Assembly: GCA_043747295.1 (NCBI GenBank) | Contig: JAYTPK010000168.1 | Location: 9,121-73,120, forward strand | DNA from: Polaromonas sp. | GTDB lineage: Bacteria; Pseudomonadota; Gammaproteobacteria; Burkholderiales; Burkholderiaceae_C | Direction: 5' to 3' | Length of the DNA stretch: 64,000 bases | In this document: in pieces, positions 28,596-37,973 of the stretch | Numbering within the stretch: the first letter of the stretch is position 1 | Layout of the letters: every line of letters begins with the position of its first letter | Notes under the pieces: model-generated | What the model saw: the letters and a program-made list of their open reading frames with translations, nothing else | Database searches by the model: none | What the model was told of the DNA's origin: nothing | Position numbers and translations under genes: made by a program

Positions 28596-30734
28596 TTAAA
28601 ATTTGCGGTGCTCTACCACTGGGTCATCAAATCTAGGCGCATTCTGGCCTTGCGGCGCAGCCAGGGGCAGCACCGCGCCGCTTGGGGCAAATAACGGCAA
28701 TGTCGACAATGGCGCTGGCACGCTGTGCCAAGCCCCTGTCTCGTAGCGTTTAGCCGTATAAAAATCAAACCAAGCTGCCGGCCCTTTGGGCAGATACACC
28801 TTGCGCATTAGCTCGCCTTGCTGCACCACGGGTGCTACCAGCAACGCGTCGCCCAGCATAAAGTCATCGCAGTCTGCGTAACACTGCTCATCGTCTGGGT
28901 AATTGAAAAACGTGGGCCGAATGATGGGCGCTTGGTGGCTGCTGGCGCGTTCAAACAAACTCCACAAATAGGGCATCAGCTGGTAGCGCAGGGTGATAGC
29001 GGCAATGACTTCTTTTTTAACCGAGGCATGCATCCAGGGCAGGTTAATCGTGCCATCGGTCTTCCAAGAGTTCATGACCATGCGCGGGTTCAGGCAGCAG
29101 GCTTGCACCCAGCGCAAAAACAGCTCTGGGTCAGGGCTTGGCCCGGCAAAGCCGCCCACATCGTGGCCTACGTTAAACATGCCCGACAGGCTCATTTGCA
29201 GGCCGGTGCGCAGGTTCCAGCGCAAGGTCTCCCAACTGGTGGTGTTGTCACCCGTCCAGGTTTGGGCATAGCGCTGAATACCGGGCATGCCACCGCGTGT
29301 GACGGTGTACACAGGCTCAGCAGGGTTGTGCGCAGCTTGGGCCTCAAAGGTAGCCCGCGTCATCAGCAGTGGGTGCAGCGGGCGGCTGCGTTGCATGGGC
29401 AAAGCCGTGCCAAAGCCGTGGCAACTGGCTTGGTCATCCATCACCGCGTATTCGTTGTTGTCGTTCCAGCCTACATCAATGCCGTAGTCCAGCACTTGGC
29501 GTTTGAGTGACTGCTGCCACCACGTCACCACGCTGGGCTGCGTAAAGTCTAGGTGCGAGCCTACGCCGTCCCAAAACTGCTCGACGATGGGCTGCCCTGT
29601 TAGCGCATTGCGTATAAAACCGCCCGATTGCTTGATCTCGCTATAGGCTGGGTGGTCGTCTAGCAAACACGGTTTGATATTGGCCACTAAGCGCAGACCG
29701 GCAGACTGAAACTGCGCATTAAGCTCTTTGGGCTGTGGGAATTTATCGTTGTTCCAAGTAAATACATAGCGCCGTTTACCGCGCGACGAATAGCCTGAAC
29801 CGTAGTGAAAAGAAGTTATTGGTACACTCTCAGCCATGCAGCGCGCTATAAACTGGCTTAACTGATTTTGCGCATCGCTGGCGTCAGCCAAGCCCATCGC
29901 AGTTTGGGCATAGCCTAATGACCAGCGCGGTGGCAAATGGGTGCCGCCAATCAAGCGCACATATTGGGCAATCACGTCGGCAGCGCTAGACCCGGTCATC
30001 ACGTAATAGTCTAGGTCGCCGTCATCAATGTCTACATAGCGGTAGGCATCGTGGTAGTTGTCGTGTTCGCAGCCTAGGTCAAACGTACACGCGGCCATCG
30101 TGTCGTAGTACATGCCCACCCAGTGGCCGCCGCTGGTGCGCGTGAGCACAAAAGGCCAGTGTTTGTACAGTGGGTCGCCCGACTGCGGGTCGTAGCCCAG
30201 TGCGTCCAGCGCCAGCGTGCGCAAGCGGCGGCCTTGTAAATTCAGCGGCCCGGTTTTGTCACCCAAGCCGTAGTAGCGCTCTGCCCTGTCGCGCTGCAGA
30301 TAGTGGCGTACAGCGCCTGTGCGCTCACTGCAAAAATACGCTGATGTAGCGCGGTCGCGCAGTAACGTATCGCCACTGGCGGTCTGCCAGCTGATGGTCA
30401 ATGGGTTGCAATTGACATGCACAGTCAGTTGCTGCGTTTTTAAAGTAATGCTGTTGTCGGTTTTTTGAATATCCAAGCTAGGTACATAAAAACCCGCAGT
30501 GTCATCACGCGCCCTGCCCTGCCAAGGCGTATCTTGTGTATGCTGCTTGCTGCCAGCAGATACTGGTGCAATAGCCCAAGTGCGCGGCTCTTTGTAGCCA
30601 TTGGCCTGGCGCAGTCGTACCCTGAATAATGTTTCACCCAAGGCCTCCACAGCAAATTGACTACCGTCTGGCAACTTTAATTGCACGCCATTGGCAGTTT
30701 GCGCTGCCGACTTGGCATGGCCTACAACTTTCAT
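28596..30734 (-). CDS. glycoside hydrolase family 31 (alpha-glucosidase/alpha-xylosidase-like)
   Basis: GVGWNDNNEY and QTWTGDNTTSWETLRWNL...GHDVGGF are GH31 catalytic-region motifs. Confidence 0.85.
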   Translation of the reverse strand: MKVVGHAKSAAQTANGVQLKLPDGSQFAVEALGETLFRVRLRQANGYKEPRTWAIAPVSAGSKQHTQDTPWQGRARDDTAGFYVPSLDIQKTDNSITLKTQQLTVHVNCNPLTISWQTASGDTLLRDRATSAYFCSERTGAVRHYLQRDRAERYYGLGDKTGPLNLQGRRLRTLALDALGYDPQSGDPLYKHWPFVLTRTSGGHWVGMYYDTMAACTFDLGCEHDNYHDAYRYVDIDDGDLDYYVMTGSSAADVIAQYVRLIGGTHLPPRWSLGYAQTAMGLADASDAQNQLSQFIARCMAESVPITSFHYGSGYSSRGKRRYVFTWNNDKFPQPKELNAQFQSAGLRLVANIKPCLLDDHPAYSEIKQSGGFIRNALTGQPIVEQFWDGVGSHLDFTQPSVVTWWQQSLKRQVLDYGIDVGWNDNNEYAVMDDQASCHGFGTALPMQRSRPLHPLLMTRATFEAQAAHNPAEPVYTVTRGGMPGIQRYAQTWTGDNTTSWETLRWNLRTGLQMSLSGMFNVGHDVGGFAGPSPDPELFLRWVQACCLNPRMVMNSWKTDGTINLPWMHASVKKEVIAAITLRYQLMPYLWSLFERASSHQAPIIRPTFFNYPDDEQCYADCDDFMLGDALLVAPVVQQGELMRKVYLPKGPAAWFDFYTAKRYETGAWHSVPAPLSTLPLFAPSGAVLPLAAPQGQNAPRFDDPVVEHRKF

Positions 30735-30757
30735 AGTTTATCCCTAAGCCTTACGCT

Positions 30758-31780
30758 TTAAATGCGCAAGCCGTCTTTATCAAAATAATGCAGATGCTCA
30801 GGTGGTGCCGTCACAAACACCTTGTCGCCGCGCTGCACACTGGTTTGCCCGTTAAGCACTAGCTCAAACACCGTATCCTCTGCACCCTGATGCACCACCA
30901 CGCCGTGCAGCAAGCTGGTGGAACCCAGTTGCTCAACCTGGGACACTGTAACAGTCAGGGCACCAGAAGCCGCGCTTTGTACCAATTGCGCATGCTCTGG
31001 CCTGATGCCTACGGAGTGTGTGCCTGCAGGCGAGTGCGGCACAGCAGCTGAGGGTACAAAATTCATACGCGGGCTGCCAATAAAGCCCGCAACAAAGGTG
31101 TTTTGCGGCCGGTTGTACAGCTCTAGCGGTGTGCCTACTTGCTCTATCACACCTGCGCGCAGCACCACAATTTTGTCAGCCATCGTCATAGCTTCTACTT
31201 GGTCATGCGTCACATAAATCATGGTGGCTTTCAGCCGTGCATGCAAGTCACGAATCTCCGAGCGCATGGACACGCGCAGCTCGGCGTCCAGGTTAGAAAG
31301 TGGCTCGTCAAACAAAAATAGTTTAGGCTCACGCACGATCGAGCGGCCAATAGCCACGCGCTGACGCTGGCCACCCGACAGCTGGGTAGGCTTGCGCTGC
31401 AGCAAGGCATCTAAGCGCAGCAAGGCGGCTGCAGCGTTCACCTTGGCGGCAATCACAGCAGCAGGCACCTTCATGTTTTCCAGACCAAAGGCCATGTTGT
31501 CGTACACCGTCATGTGCGGGTACAGCGCGTACGACTGAAACACCATAGCGCAACCTCGGTGCGCAGCAGACACCTCGTTGACAATGTTGCCATCAATCAA
31601 AATATCACCACCAGAAGGCGCATCTAAACCCGAGATGATGCGCAACAAGGTAGATTTACCGCAGCCTGATGGCCCAACAAATACGATAAATTCGCCATCT
31701 GCCACAGACAAATCCAAGCTGCGAATGATGGATGTTTTATCGTAGCTCTTTGATATATTTTTCAGTTCCAACGTGGCCAT
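30758..31780 (-). CDS. sugar ABC transporter ATP-binding protein (MalK/UgpC type)
   Basis: Walker A GPSGCGKST, signature LSGGQRQR and Walker B LFLFDEPLSNLD. Confidence 0.92.
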   Translation of the reverse strand: MATLELKNISKSYDKTSIIRSLDLSVADGEFIVFVGPSGCGKSTLLRIISGLDAPSGGDILIDGNIVNEVSAAHRGCAMVFQSYALYPHMTVYDNMAFGLENMKVPAAVIAAKVNAAAALLRLDALLQRKPTQLSGGQRQRVAIGRSIVREPKLFLFDEPLSNLDAELRVSMRSEIRDLHARLKATMIYVTHDQVEAMTMADKIVVLRAGVIEQVGTPLELYNRPQNTFVAGFIGSPRMNFVPSAAVPHSPAGTHSVGIRPEHAQLVQSAASGALTVTVSQVEQLGSTSLLHGVVVHQGAEDTVFELVLNGQTSVQRGDKVFVTAPPEHLHYFDKDGLRI

Positions 31781-31789
31781 ACCGTCCCT

Positions 31790-32857
31790 TTACTTCACGC
31801 CTGCGCCAGCTATGCCAGTGGTGATATATTTTTGTAAAAATGCAAATACCAAGCTCACAGGGATCAGCGTGATCACCGTCATGGCCAGCAAATAGTGCCA
31901 CTGGGTATTAAGCTCGCCTTGAAACGAATTAAGCGCCAGTTGCAATGTGAACTTTTCAGATTTGGACAACACAATCAAAGGCCATAAAAAATCGTTCCAG
32001 CGCCACATCACCGAGAAAATAGCCAGCACAGCCATGGCAGGCGCGGCCAACGGCAAAATAATCTTCCAGTAAATGCGCCATTCACTGGCATGGTCCATAC
32101 GGGCAGCTTCTAGCAGCTCATCAGGAATGGTCAGCATGTATTGGCGAAGCAAAAACACACCCGTAGGCGTGGCTACAGCAGGCAATATGACACCCCATAG
32201 GCTGTTGAGCAACCCCACGCTAGAGATAACCAAAAAAGCGGGCACTAAAATAATGGTGGGTGGAATCATCAACGTGGCAATGATCAAAATAAACACCGTC
32301 TTTTGCCCACGGAACTGGTACTTGGACAACGCAAACGCCGCCATTGAGTTAAACAGCAGTGTGATGATGGTAGCCACCACCGTGATGAACACACTGTTCC
32401 ACAAATAGGTACCAAAGCTGAATTTGCCAAACACCTCGGTGTAATTGCTCCAGGCAAACTGCATCTCATTGACTGGTGTGCGGTTTTTGATGTTGGTTTT
32501 GATCTCTACCGTGGGCTGCGCTGGGTCTACCAGCGTCGCCACTATACCCATGCGGCTCACCTGTGCCAGCTCGCGTGTAGCACCCGACTCGTCTTTGACG
32601 ATGTACAACGGCAAGGGTTTATCGTGACCACTCACAACCACCGTTTTTTGGCTGTAAGGCAAAAAGGTGGGCGGGAACTGTGCCAAGGCGCTTTCTGTTT
32701 TAAACGACGACATGACTAGCCACAGCACGGGGCCAAACATCATGAACAAGCCCGCCACCAGGTAAGCGTAGGTCACCCAATCAGTCCAGTCAAAATGCTG
32801 CCTGCCACGGGTTCGGGTTCGGGTTCGGGTTCGGGTTAAAAATTGAAGCACGCTCAT
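31790..32857 (-). CDS. carbohydrate ABC transporter permease
   Basis: Binding-protein-dependent permease with EAA-like loop DELLEAARMDHASEWRIYWKIILPLA. The ATG abuts the upstream stop. The N-terminus contains (TR)5. Confidence 0.88.
   Translation of the reverse strand: MSVLQFLTRTRTRTRTRGRQHFDWTDWVTYAYLVAGLFMMFGPVLWLVMSSFKTESALAQFPPTFLPYSQKTVVVSGHDKPLPLYIVKDESGATRELAQVSRMGIVATLVDPAQPTVEIKTNIKNRTPVNEMQFAWSNYTEVFGKFSFGTYLWNSVFITVVATIITLLFNSMAAFALSKYQFRGQKTVFILIIATLMIPPTIILVPAFLVISSVGLLNSLWGVILPAVATPTGVFLLRQYMLTIPDELLEAARMDHASEWRIYWKIILPLAAPAMAVLAIFSVMWRWNDFLWPLIVLSKSEKFTLQLALNSFQGELNTQWHYLLAMTVITLIPVSLVFAFLQKYITTGIAGAGVK
32808..32837. repeat. (CGGGTT)5 hexanucleotide microsatellite inside the permease 5' coding region
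   Basis: Five perfect tandem CGGGTT units encode TRTRTRTRTR at residues 8-17. Confidence 0.9.
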
Positions 32858-33859
32858 TTATTTGGCCTTTTTACCGGCATCGCTGGCGCGCGATACAAAC
32901 AGCTGCAGCAGCGTAAGCGCCATCAGGCCTACCGCCAAAATAAGCGAAGCTGCTGCCGCTAAACCGTACAAGTGGATCTGCTCAGCAAAACCAGTTTGGT
33001 AGATAAACTGCACAATAAACGTAGTGGCAGAGCCCGGCCCACCACCAGTCAACACAAACACTTCGTCAAAAATTTGTACTGCGCGAATCAAAGCCAGCAC
33101 GATGACCACAATCAGGTTAGGCATGAGCAATGGCAAGGTGATACGGCGAAGCACACGCCACGGGCTGGCAGCGTCCATCTCGGCAGCTTCGTACATGTCT
33201 TTAGGTATGGCCTGCAGCCCAGCCAGCAAGATGAGGGTGTAAAAACCCATGTGCGCCCAAATCGACACGAAGATCACCCAAAAGAAAGCCCAATTTTTAT
33301 CGGTCAACCAGTCTACTGGCATACCGCCTGCCGCCACCATACCTGCGTTGAACACGCCTTGGCTTTGCAGCAGCCATTTCCAGATCAAGGCCACCACTAC
33401 GGGTGACAACAAGACCGGATAGAAAAACACACCACGCCAAAAACCTCGGCCAATAATTTTGCGATTAAGCACCAGCGCGGTGACTAGTGAGAACAACACC
33501 ATCAGCACCACTTGGATAGCGCTGAACTTGGCAGTGTTAAAAATGGAGCGCCAAAAAATATCTTTGCGGCAGCTTTGAATATCAAAGTAGTTGCTGCATT
33601 CCAGCAAAATAGCAAAATTTTCTGCACCGGTATACGGCCGATCAAAAGGCATCAACTTTACGCCACCGGTGCTGGCGTAGATTAAGTTAATAAGAATCGG
33701 CAGGAAGGTAAAAACACCAAAAACGATCAAGTTGGGGGCAACAAACAGCCACCCAATACGCTTAACACCCAGCAGTTTTTGGCCCAGCTGAAAGACAGGC
33801 TCCAGCAAGTTAAAGCAAAAGCCTAAAAAGGCTGATATTGCAATTTGTAGTGTTTTCAC
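32858..33859 (-). CDS. carbohydrate ABC transporter permease
   Basis: Multi-TM protein with EAA loop DMYEAAEMDAASPWRVLRRITLPLL. Confidence 0.88.
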   Translation of the reverse strand: MKTLQIAISAFLGFCFNLLEPVFQLGQKLLGVKRIGWLFVAPNLIVFGVFTFLPILINLIYASTGGVKLMPFDRPYTGAENFAILLECSNYFDIQSCRKDIFWRSIFNTAKFSAIQVVLMVLFSLVTALVLNRKIIGRGFWRGVFFYPVLLSPVVVALIWKWLLQSQGVFNAGMVAAGGMPVDWLTDKNWAFFWVIFVSIWAHMGFYTLILLAGLQAIPKDMYEAAEMDAASPWRVLRRITLPLLMPNLIVVIVLALIRAVQIFDEVFVLTGGGPGSATTFIVQFIYQTGFAEQIHLYGLAAAASLILAVGLMALTLLQLFVSRASDAGKKAK

Positions 33860-33875
33860 AGCAATATGACAGCCT

Positions 33876-33904
33876 GCAGTTGCAGCACAAATGGCTGCAA
33901 CTGC
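33876..33904 (-). other. intercistronic hairpin between the binding-protein and permease genes
   Basis: Perfect 11-bp stem GCAGTTGCAGC / GCTGCAACTGC with a 7-nt loop, in the 60-nt gap after the SBP stop. Confidence 0.5.
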
Positions 33905-33919
33905 TGTGACCTTTCAGCT

Positions 33920-35194
33920 TTACCGTTGAGCTTGCTTGACTGCGTCAGCCATGTCTGTGGAGATCTTGGCCATCGCCTCATCGGTGCTCATTTCACCCAC
34001 AATGGCCTGCGTTACACGGGTCACAGTCGGCAGCATGATGGCGCGGTTGAACTTATAGCCTTGGAACAAGAATGCCTCGGTGGTCAGGCTGGCAACGCCA
34101 CCGCTGAACACGCCCAGCGCAGCGCGCATGGCAGGTGCAGCGCCTGGATAGCTCACGCCTTTTTTAGCCAAGCCTTGGTGCGCAGGGATGTTATTGGTTT
34201 TGCCAATGAACTCTGCATAGTTGGCCTCAGAGGCAATAAAGTCCATGAATGCGCCCACTTCTTTAGGTGACTTGCTGGTTTTGAGCGCTACCCAAGCAGC
34301 GCCACCTGGAATGCCTGAACATGCAGCTGGGCCGCAGGGGTTAGGTACAGCCACCCAGTCAAACTTGGTGCCTACGTCTTTTTGCAGGCGGTTGATTTGC
34401 CATGAGCCTGACAATACCATCGCTACACGGCCGTTGGTAAATTCGCCAACAGAATCAGCATACGTTGAGCCGCCCGAGCCGCCCCACACTTCTTTGAGCA
34501 TCGCGCCGTCTTTGTGCCAGCCTACAAATTTATTGACCGCAGTTTTGTAGCCGTTGTCCAAAATCAAGTTGCCTTGGGCATCAAAAATCTTAGCGCCATA
34601 GCTGATCGCTGGGCCTGCAAAGCGGTGGCCAGAGCGGTCCCACGCCATACCTGCGGTTAACTGGGTTGCCTTAGCTACTTTGCGAGTGGCTTCAACCCAC
34701 TCGTCCCACGTAGCTTTAGGGCCTGGCAGCTCGACCTTAGCTTGCTCAAACAGTGTTTTATTCACATAAGGGCCAGTCATGGTCAGCTGGGACATGAAGC
34801 CGTAAATACCTTTGTCGGTCGCGCTGGGGCGCAGCCAAGTTTGTGTCGCGCCAAAGTTAGCGTCCCAGTATTTGGTGTCTTTCACATGGGTGCTGATGTC
34901 CATGTAGTACTTGGACAAACCGCCCAAGTCAGTCACGCGCGCAATATCTGGGCCTTGGCCTGCGGCCAACTGCACTGGCAGCTGCTCCAAAATTGTTTTG
35001 TAGGGCACCACATCAATGATGACTTTGGTGCCAGCGTTAGCGGCTTCAAAGCGCTTAGCTTGCTCGGTCATTACGTCGCATTCCACACCGTCTTGGTAGC
35101 ACATCACGCGGATCTCGCCAGCAGATGCTAATGTGGGTGCCATCACAGCGATAAAAGTTGCGCATGCAACAGCAGAAAGAAGGGGTTTGTTCAT
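33920..35194 (-). CDS. sugar ABC transporter substrate-binding protein (family 1)
   Basis: MNKPLLSAVACATFIAVMAPTLASA signal peptide. Typical family-1 SBP length. ATG at 35194 within ORF 33920..35206. Confidence 0.85.
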   Translation of the reverse strand: MNKPLLSAVACATFIAVMAPTLASAGEIRVMCYQDGVECDVMTEQAKRFEAANAGTKVIIDVVPYKTILEQLPVQLAAGQGPDIARVTDLGGLSKYYMDISTHVKDTKYWDANFGATQTWLRPSATDKGIYGFMSQLTMTGPYVNKTLFEQAKVELPGPKATWDEWVEATRKVAKATQLTAGMAWDRSGHRFAGPAISYGAKIFDAQGNLILDNGYKTAVNKFVGWHKDGAMLKEVWGGSGGSTYADSVGEFTNGRVAMVLSGSWQINRLQKDVGTKFDWVAVPNPCGPAACSGIPGGAAWVALKTSKSPKEVGAFMDFIASEANYAEFIGKTNNIPAHQGLAKKGVSYPGAAPAMRAALGVFSGGVASLTTEAFLFQGYKFNRAIMLPTVTRVTQAIVGEMSTDEAMAKISTDMADAVKQAQR

Positions 35195-35291
35195 GAATTT
35201 CTCCAATGTAAATTAACTAATGCAGCATAGCCGAGCTGGTGGTATTTTGCGACAGGGTTTTTACGCAGATATATGGATACACGAGGGACGG

Positions 35292-35305
35292 GTCATCTAG
35301 ATGAC
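35292..35305. promoter_or_regulatory. perfect 14-bp palindrome upstream of the sugar ABC/GH31 operon (candidate operator)
   Basis: GTCATCTAGATGAC lies about 100 nt upstream of the SBP start. Confidence 0.3.
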
Positions 35306-35346
35306 AACTCATTTCTAGCGCACACATGGTGCTTGCCAAACCATGA

Positions 35347-36360
35347 TTATTGCGCGGTGATGCCTGCCGTTTTGATCACGCGGGTCCAGCGATCTTTTTC
35401 AGATTTGACAAACGCGCTGTAAGCCGCAGCACCCAAAGTGGGCACCACAAAACCTGTGGACTCTAGGCGCTGCTTGAGTTCAGCACTTTGAATGGCTTTG
35501 ACCATTTCAGCCTCCAGCTTGTCAACAATCGCTTTAGGGGTACCTTTGGGCAGCGACATGCCTGACCACGACAGCGCAGAAAAACCGGGGTAGCCAGACT
35601 CACTGACGGTGGGTACATCAGGGTACAGCGGGTTGCGCTGCGCGCTAGATACCGCCAGCGCGCGCAGTTTGCCCGCTTTAACGTGCTGCAAAGCGACGTC
35701 TTGGTTGATGAACATCATGGGGATTTGGCCGCCCAGCAGGTCGGTCATCATCGGGCCGCCGCCACGGTACGGTATGCCCACCATGAACAGACCTTTGCAA
35801 TCGGTTTTACCAGCTGGGCAGGCTGACACGGTTTGCTTGAGTAACTCCATCGCCATGTGGCCAGACGCTGCATGGGTGTAGCCGTAATTGAGCTTGCCTG
35901 GGTTGGCCTTGCCGTAGTCCACCAGTTCTTGCAGTGTTTTAAACGGCTGGCTGGGGTGCACCACCAGCACGTTAGGCCCTGAGTTAACTTGCGTGAGGTG
36001 GATAAAGTCGTTGTTAGAGTCGTACTTTAAATTGGCATCCAGCCCATGGGCTACGGCGTTTTGCCCTACCCCAGTTTGCACGATGGTGTAACCATCAGCG
36101 TTGGCCTTGGAGCCGCGCTCTGTGCCAATCACGCCACCTGCACCGCCCACGTTTTCAACCACAAAGGGCTGCTTCATCGACTTGGTCAACGCGTCGGCCA
36201 TCATGCGGGCCATCACATCGCTGGTGCCACCTGGCGGAAAAGGTACGATCACTTTAACGGCTTTAGTGGGGTAGTCAGCCTGCGCCAGTGCCACGCCAGA
36301 CACTATAAAAAGCATAGCTGCTTGAGCAATAAATACTTGGACTACACGGTTATTTAGCAT
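35347..36360 (-). CDS. Bug/TctC family tripartite tricarboxylate transporter substrate-binding protein
   Basis: Mature start DYPTKAVKVIVPFPPGGTSDV is the Bug-family hallmark. The N-terminal 16-20 codons lie inside a repeat copy. Confidence 0.88.
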   Translation of the reverse strand: MLNNRVVQVFIAQAAMLFIVSGVALAQADYPTKAVKVIVPFPPGGTSDVMARMMADALTKSMKQPFVVENVGGAGGVIGTERGSKANADGYTIVQTGVGQNAVAHGLDANLKYDSNNDFIHLTQVNSGPNVLVVHPSQPFKTLQELVDYGKANPGKLNYGYTHAASGHMAMELLKQTVSACPAGKTDCKGLFMVGIPYRGGGPMMTDLLGGQIPMMFINQDVALQHVKAGKLRALAVSSAQRNPLYPDVPTVSESGYPGFSALSWSGMSLPKGTPKAIVDKLEAEMVKAIQSAELKQRLESTGFVVPTLGAAAYSAFVKSEKDRWTRVIKTAGITAQ

Positions 36361-36372
36361 ATAAAGCCTTCA
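36303..36372 (-). repeat. dispersed repeat family, copy 7, supplies the start codon and signal-peptide N-region of tctC
   Basis: CTATAAAAAGCATAGCTGCTTGAGCAATAAATACTTGGACTACACGGTTATTTAGCATATAAAGCC. On the minus strand it reads MLNNRVVQVFIAQAAMLFIV. Confidence 0.8.
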
Positions 36373-36412
36373 TTAAATGGATAGAAATTTACGGGATAGT
36401 CTGCAAACTTTT

Positions 36413-37141
36413 TTAACGGCCCTGCGTTGTGCGCCAGGCTGCAAAGTCTGTTCGCGACTGCTCATCTGTCGGTGGATATAAACCCAAAATGCTGCGACCC
36501 TGCAGCACCTGGGCAGTCACAAAATCTTCAAACGCTGTCATCTCTACCGCCTCGGCGGCTATCTCATCAGCCATGTGCGCGGGGATAACAATCACGCCTT
36601 CTTTGTCGCCCACCATCACGTCTCCGGGCCACACGGCTACATCGCCACAGCCGATCGGCAGATTGATGTCTAGCGCTTGGTGCAAGGTTAAGTTAGTCGG
36701 CGCGCTGGGGCGCTGGTGGTAGCACGGAAAAGGTAATGCAGCAATCTCGGGCGAATCTCTAAACCCACCGTCGGTTACCGCGCCTGCGCAGCCGCGCACC
36801 ATCAGGCGTGTAATCAAAATAGAACCTGCTGACGCAGCGCGTGCATCTTTACGGCTGTCAAACACCATCACCGCGCCTGGGGGGCATTGCTCTACCGCCG
36901 CACGCTGGGGGTGTGTGCGGTCTTGAAACACGGTGATAGGGTTTAAATCTTCGCGTGCAGGAATGTAGCGCAGCGTAAACGCTGGGCCCACCATATTGGG
37001 TTGTTTGGCAGTCAGGTCGGTGTTAACCGGGCGCACGTCTTGAATAAACTGGTTGCGCAGCCCGCGCTTGAACAGCGCAGTACACAGCGTAGCGGTGCTG
37101 ACGGTTTTGAGCTTGTCACGGGTCGAGGTGCTTAAGGTCAT
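36413..37141 (-). CDS. RraA-like / class II pyruvate aldolase family protein (HMG/CHA aldolase-like)
   Basis: LKTVSTATLCTALFKRGL N-terminus and the GDVMVGDKEGVIVIP motif are typical of RraA/demethylmenaquinone-methyltransferase-like proteins. Confidence 0.75.
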   Translation of the reverse strand: MTLSTSTRDKLKTVSTATLCTALFKRGLRNQFIQDVRPVNTDLTAKQPNMVGPAFTLRYIPAREDLNPITVFQDRTHPQRAAVEQCPPGAVMVFDSRKDARAASAGSILITRLMVRGCAGAVTDGGFRDSPEIAALPFPCYHQRPSAPTNLTLHQALDINLPIGCGDVAVWPGDVMVGDKEGVIVIPAHMADEIAAEAVEMTAFEDFVTAQVLQGRSILGLYPPTDEQSRTDFAAWRTTQGR

Positions 37142-37188
37142 AGGCTTTTAGCTAAGTTAAAAAGTAGTGGTGGTCAATGATGCAATGG

Positions 37189-37911
37189 CTAGCGATCTAG
37201 CTGCCGGTCCAGCAAACGGTTGCGTGCTTGGTCGATGTGGTAGCGCATGGCAATGCCTGCACTGTCGGCGTCTGACACGCGAATGGCGTTGACAATGCGG
37301 TCATGCTCATCCAGCACACGGTCGCGCCGCTGGGCAGACGCAGCGCGCGTGAGCGACAGCGTCACATTCATGCTGCCTTTGTGTTTATCTGCCAGCTGGT
37401 CGAGTGTTTCCAGCAGCATGCTGTTGCCTGATGCCACGGCAATAGCGCGGTGAAATGCATAGTCGGCCTCTTGCGCCGCTTGGCCTTTGCCAAACACAGT
37501 TTTCAGCAAAATGGCGGCTTTTTCGATGGTGCGTAATTGCGCGTCCGTGCGCTGGCGCGCAGCCAAGCGCGCAGACAACTCTTCTATGGCCATGCGCAGC
37601 TCCAGGCTTTGCAGCACATCGTGCAATGTAAAAGTGCGCGTGAGTTCACCCAGCTTTTGCGACGGGCTACGCTGCACAAAGCTGCCCGAGCCTTGGCGCG
37701 AGATGACCACGCCATCACTTTGCAGCCTTTGCAAAGCCTCGCGCACTACAGGGCGTGAGACGTTAAACCGCTCGGCCAGTTGCGTCTCAGGCGGCAAACG
37801 ATCGCCCACAGCTACCGTACCGGCCATGATGTCGCCAAGTAGCTCGGTGTAGACGGTCTGCGACAAGCGCAGTCGGTCTACAGCCAAGGGTGACAGGTCA
37901 GCAGTGGGCAT
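37189..37911 (-). CDS. GntR family (FadR subfamily) transcriptional regulator
   Basis: HTH region LPPETQLAERFNVSRPVVREALQRLQSDGVV plus an all-helical FCD-type C-terminal domain. Confidence 0.9.
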   Translation of the reverse strand: MPTADLSPLAVDRLRLSQTVYTELLGDIMAGTVAVGDRLPPETQLAERFNVSRPVVREALQRLQSDGVVISRQGSGSFVQRSPSQKLGELTRTFTLHDVLQSLELRMAIEELSARLAARQRTDAQLRTIEKAAILLKTVFGKGQAAQEADYAFHRAIAVASGNSMLLETLDQLADKHKGSMNVTLSLTRAASAQRRDRVLDEHDRIVNAIRVSDADSAGIAMRYHIDQARNRLLDRQLDR

Positions 37912-37973
37912 GTTAATCAGCTAATGGCACGCTAAGTGGGAAGCTAGGGGGGAGCTAATGGGCAGATGAAAAC

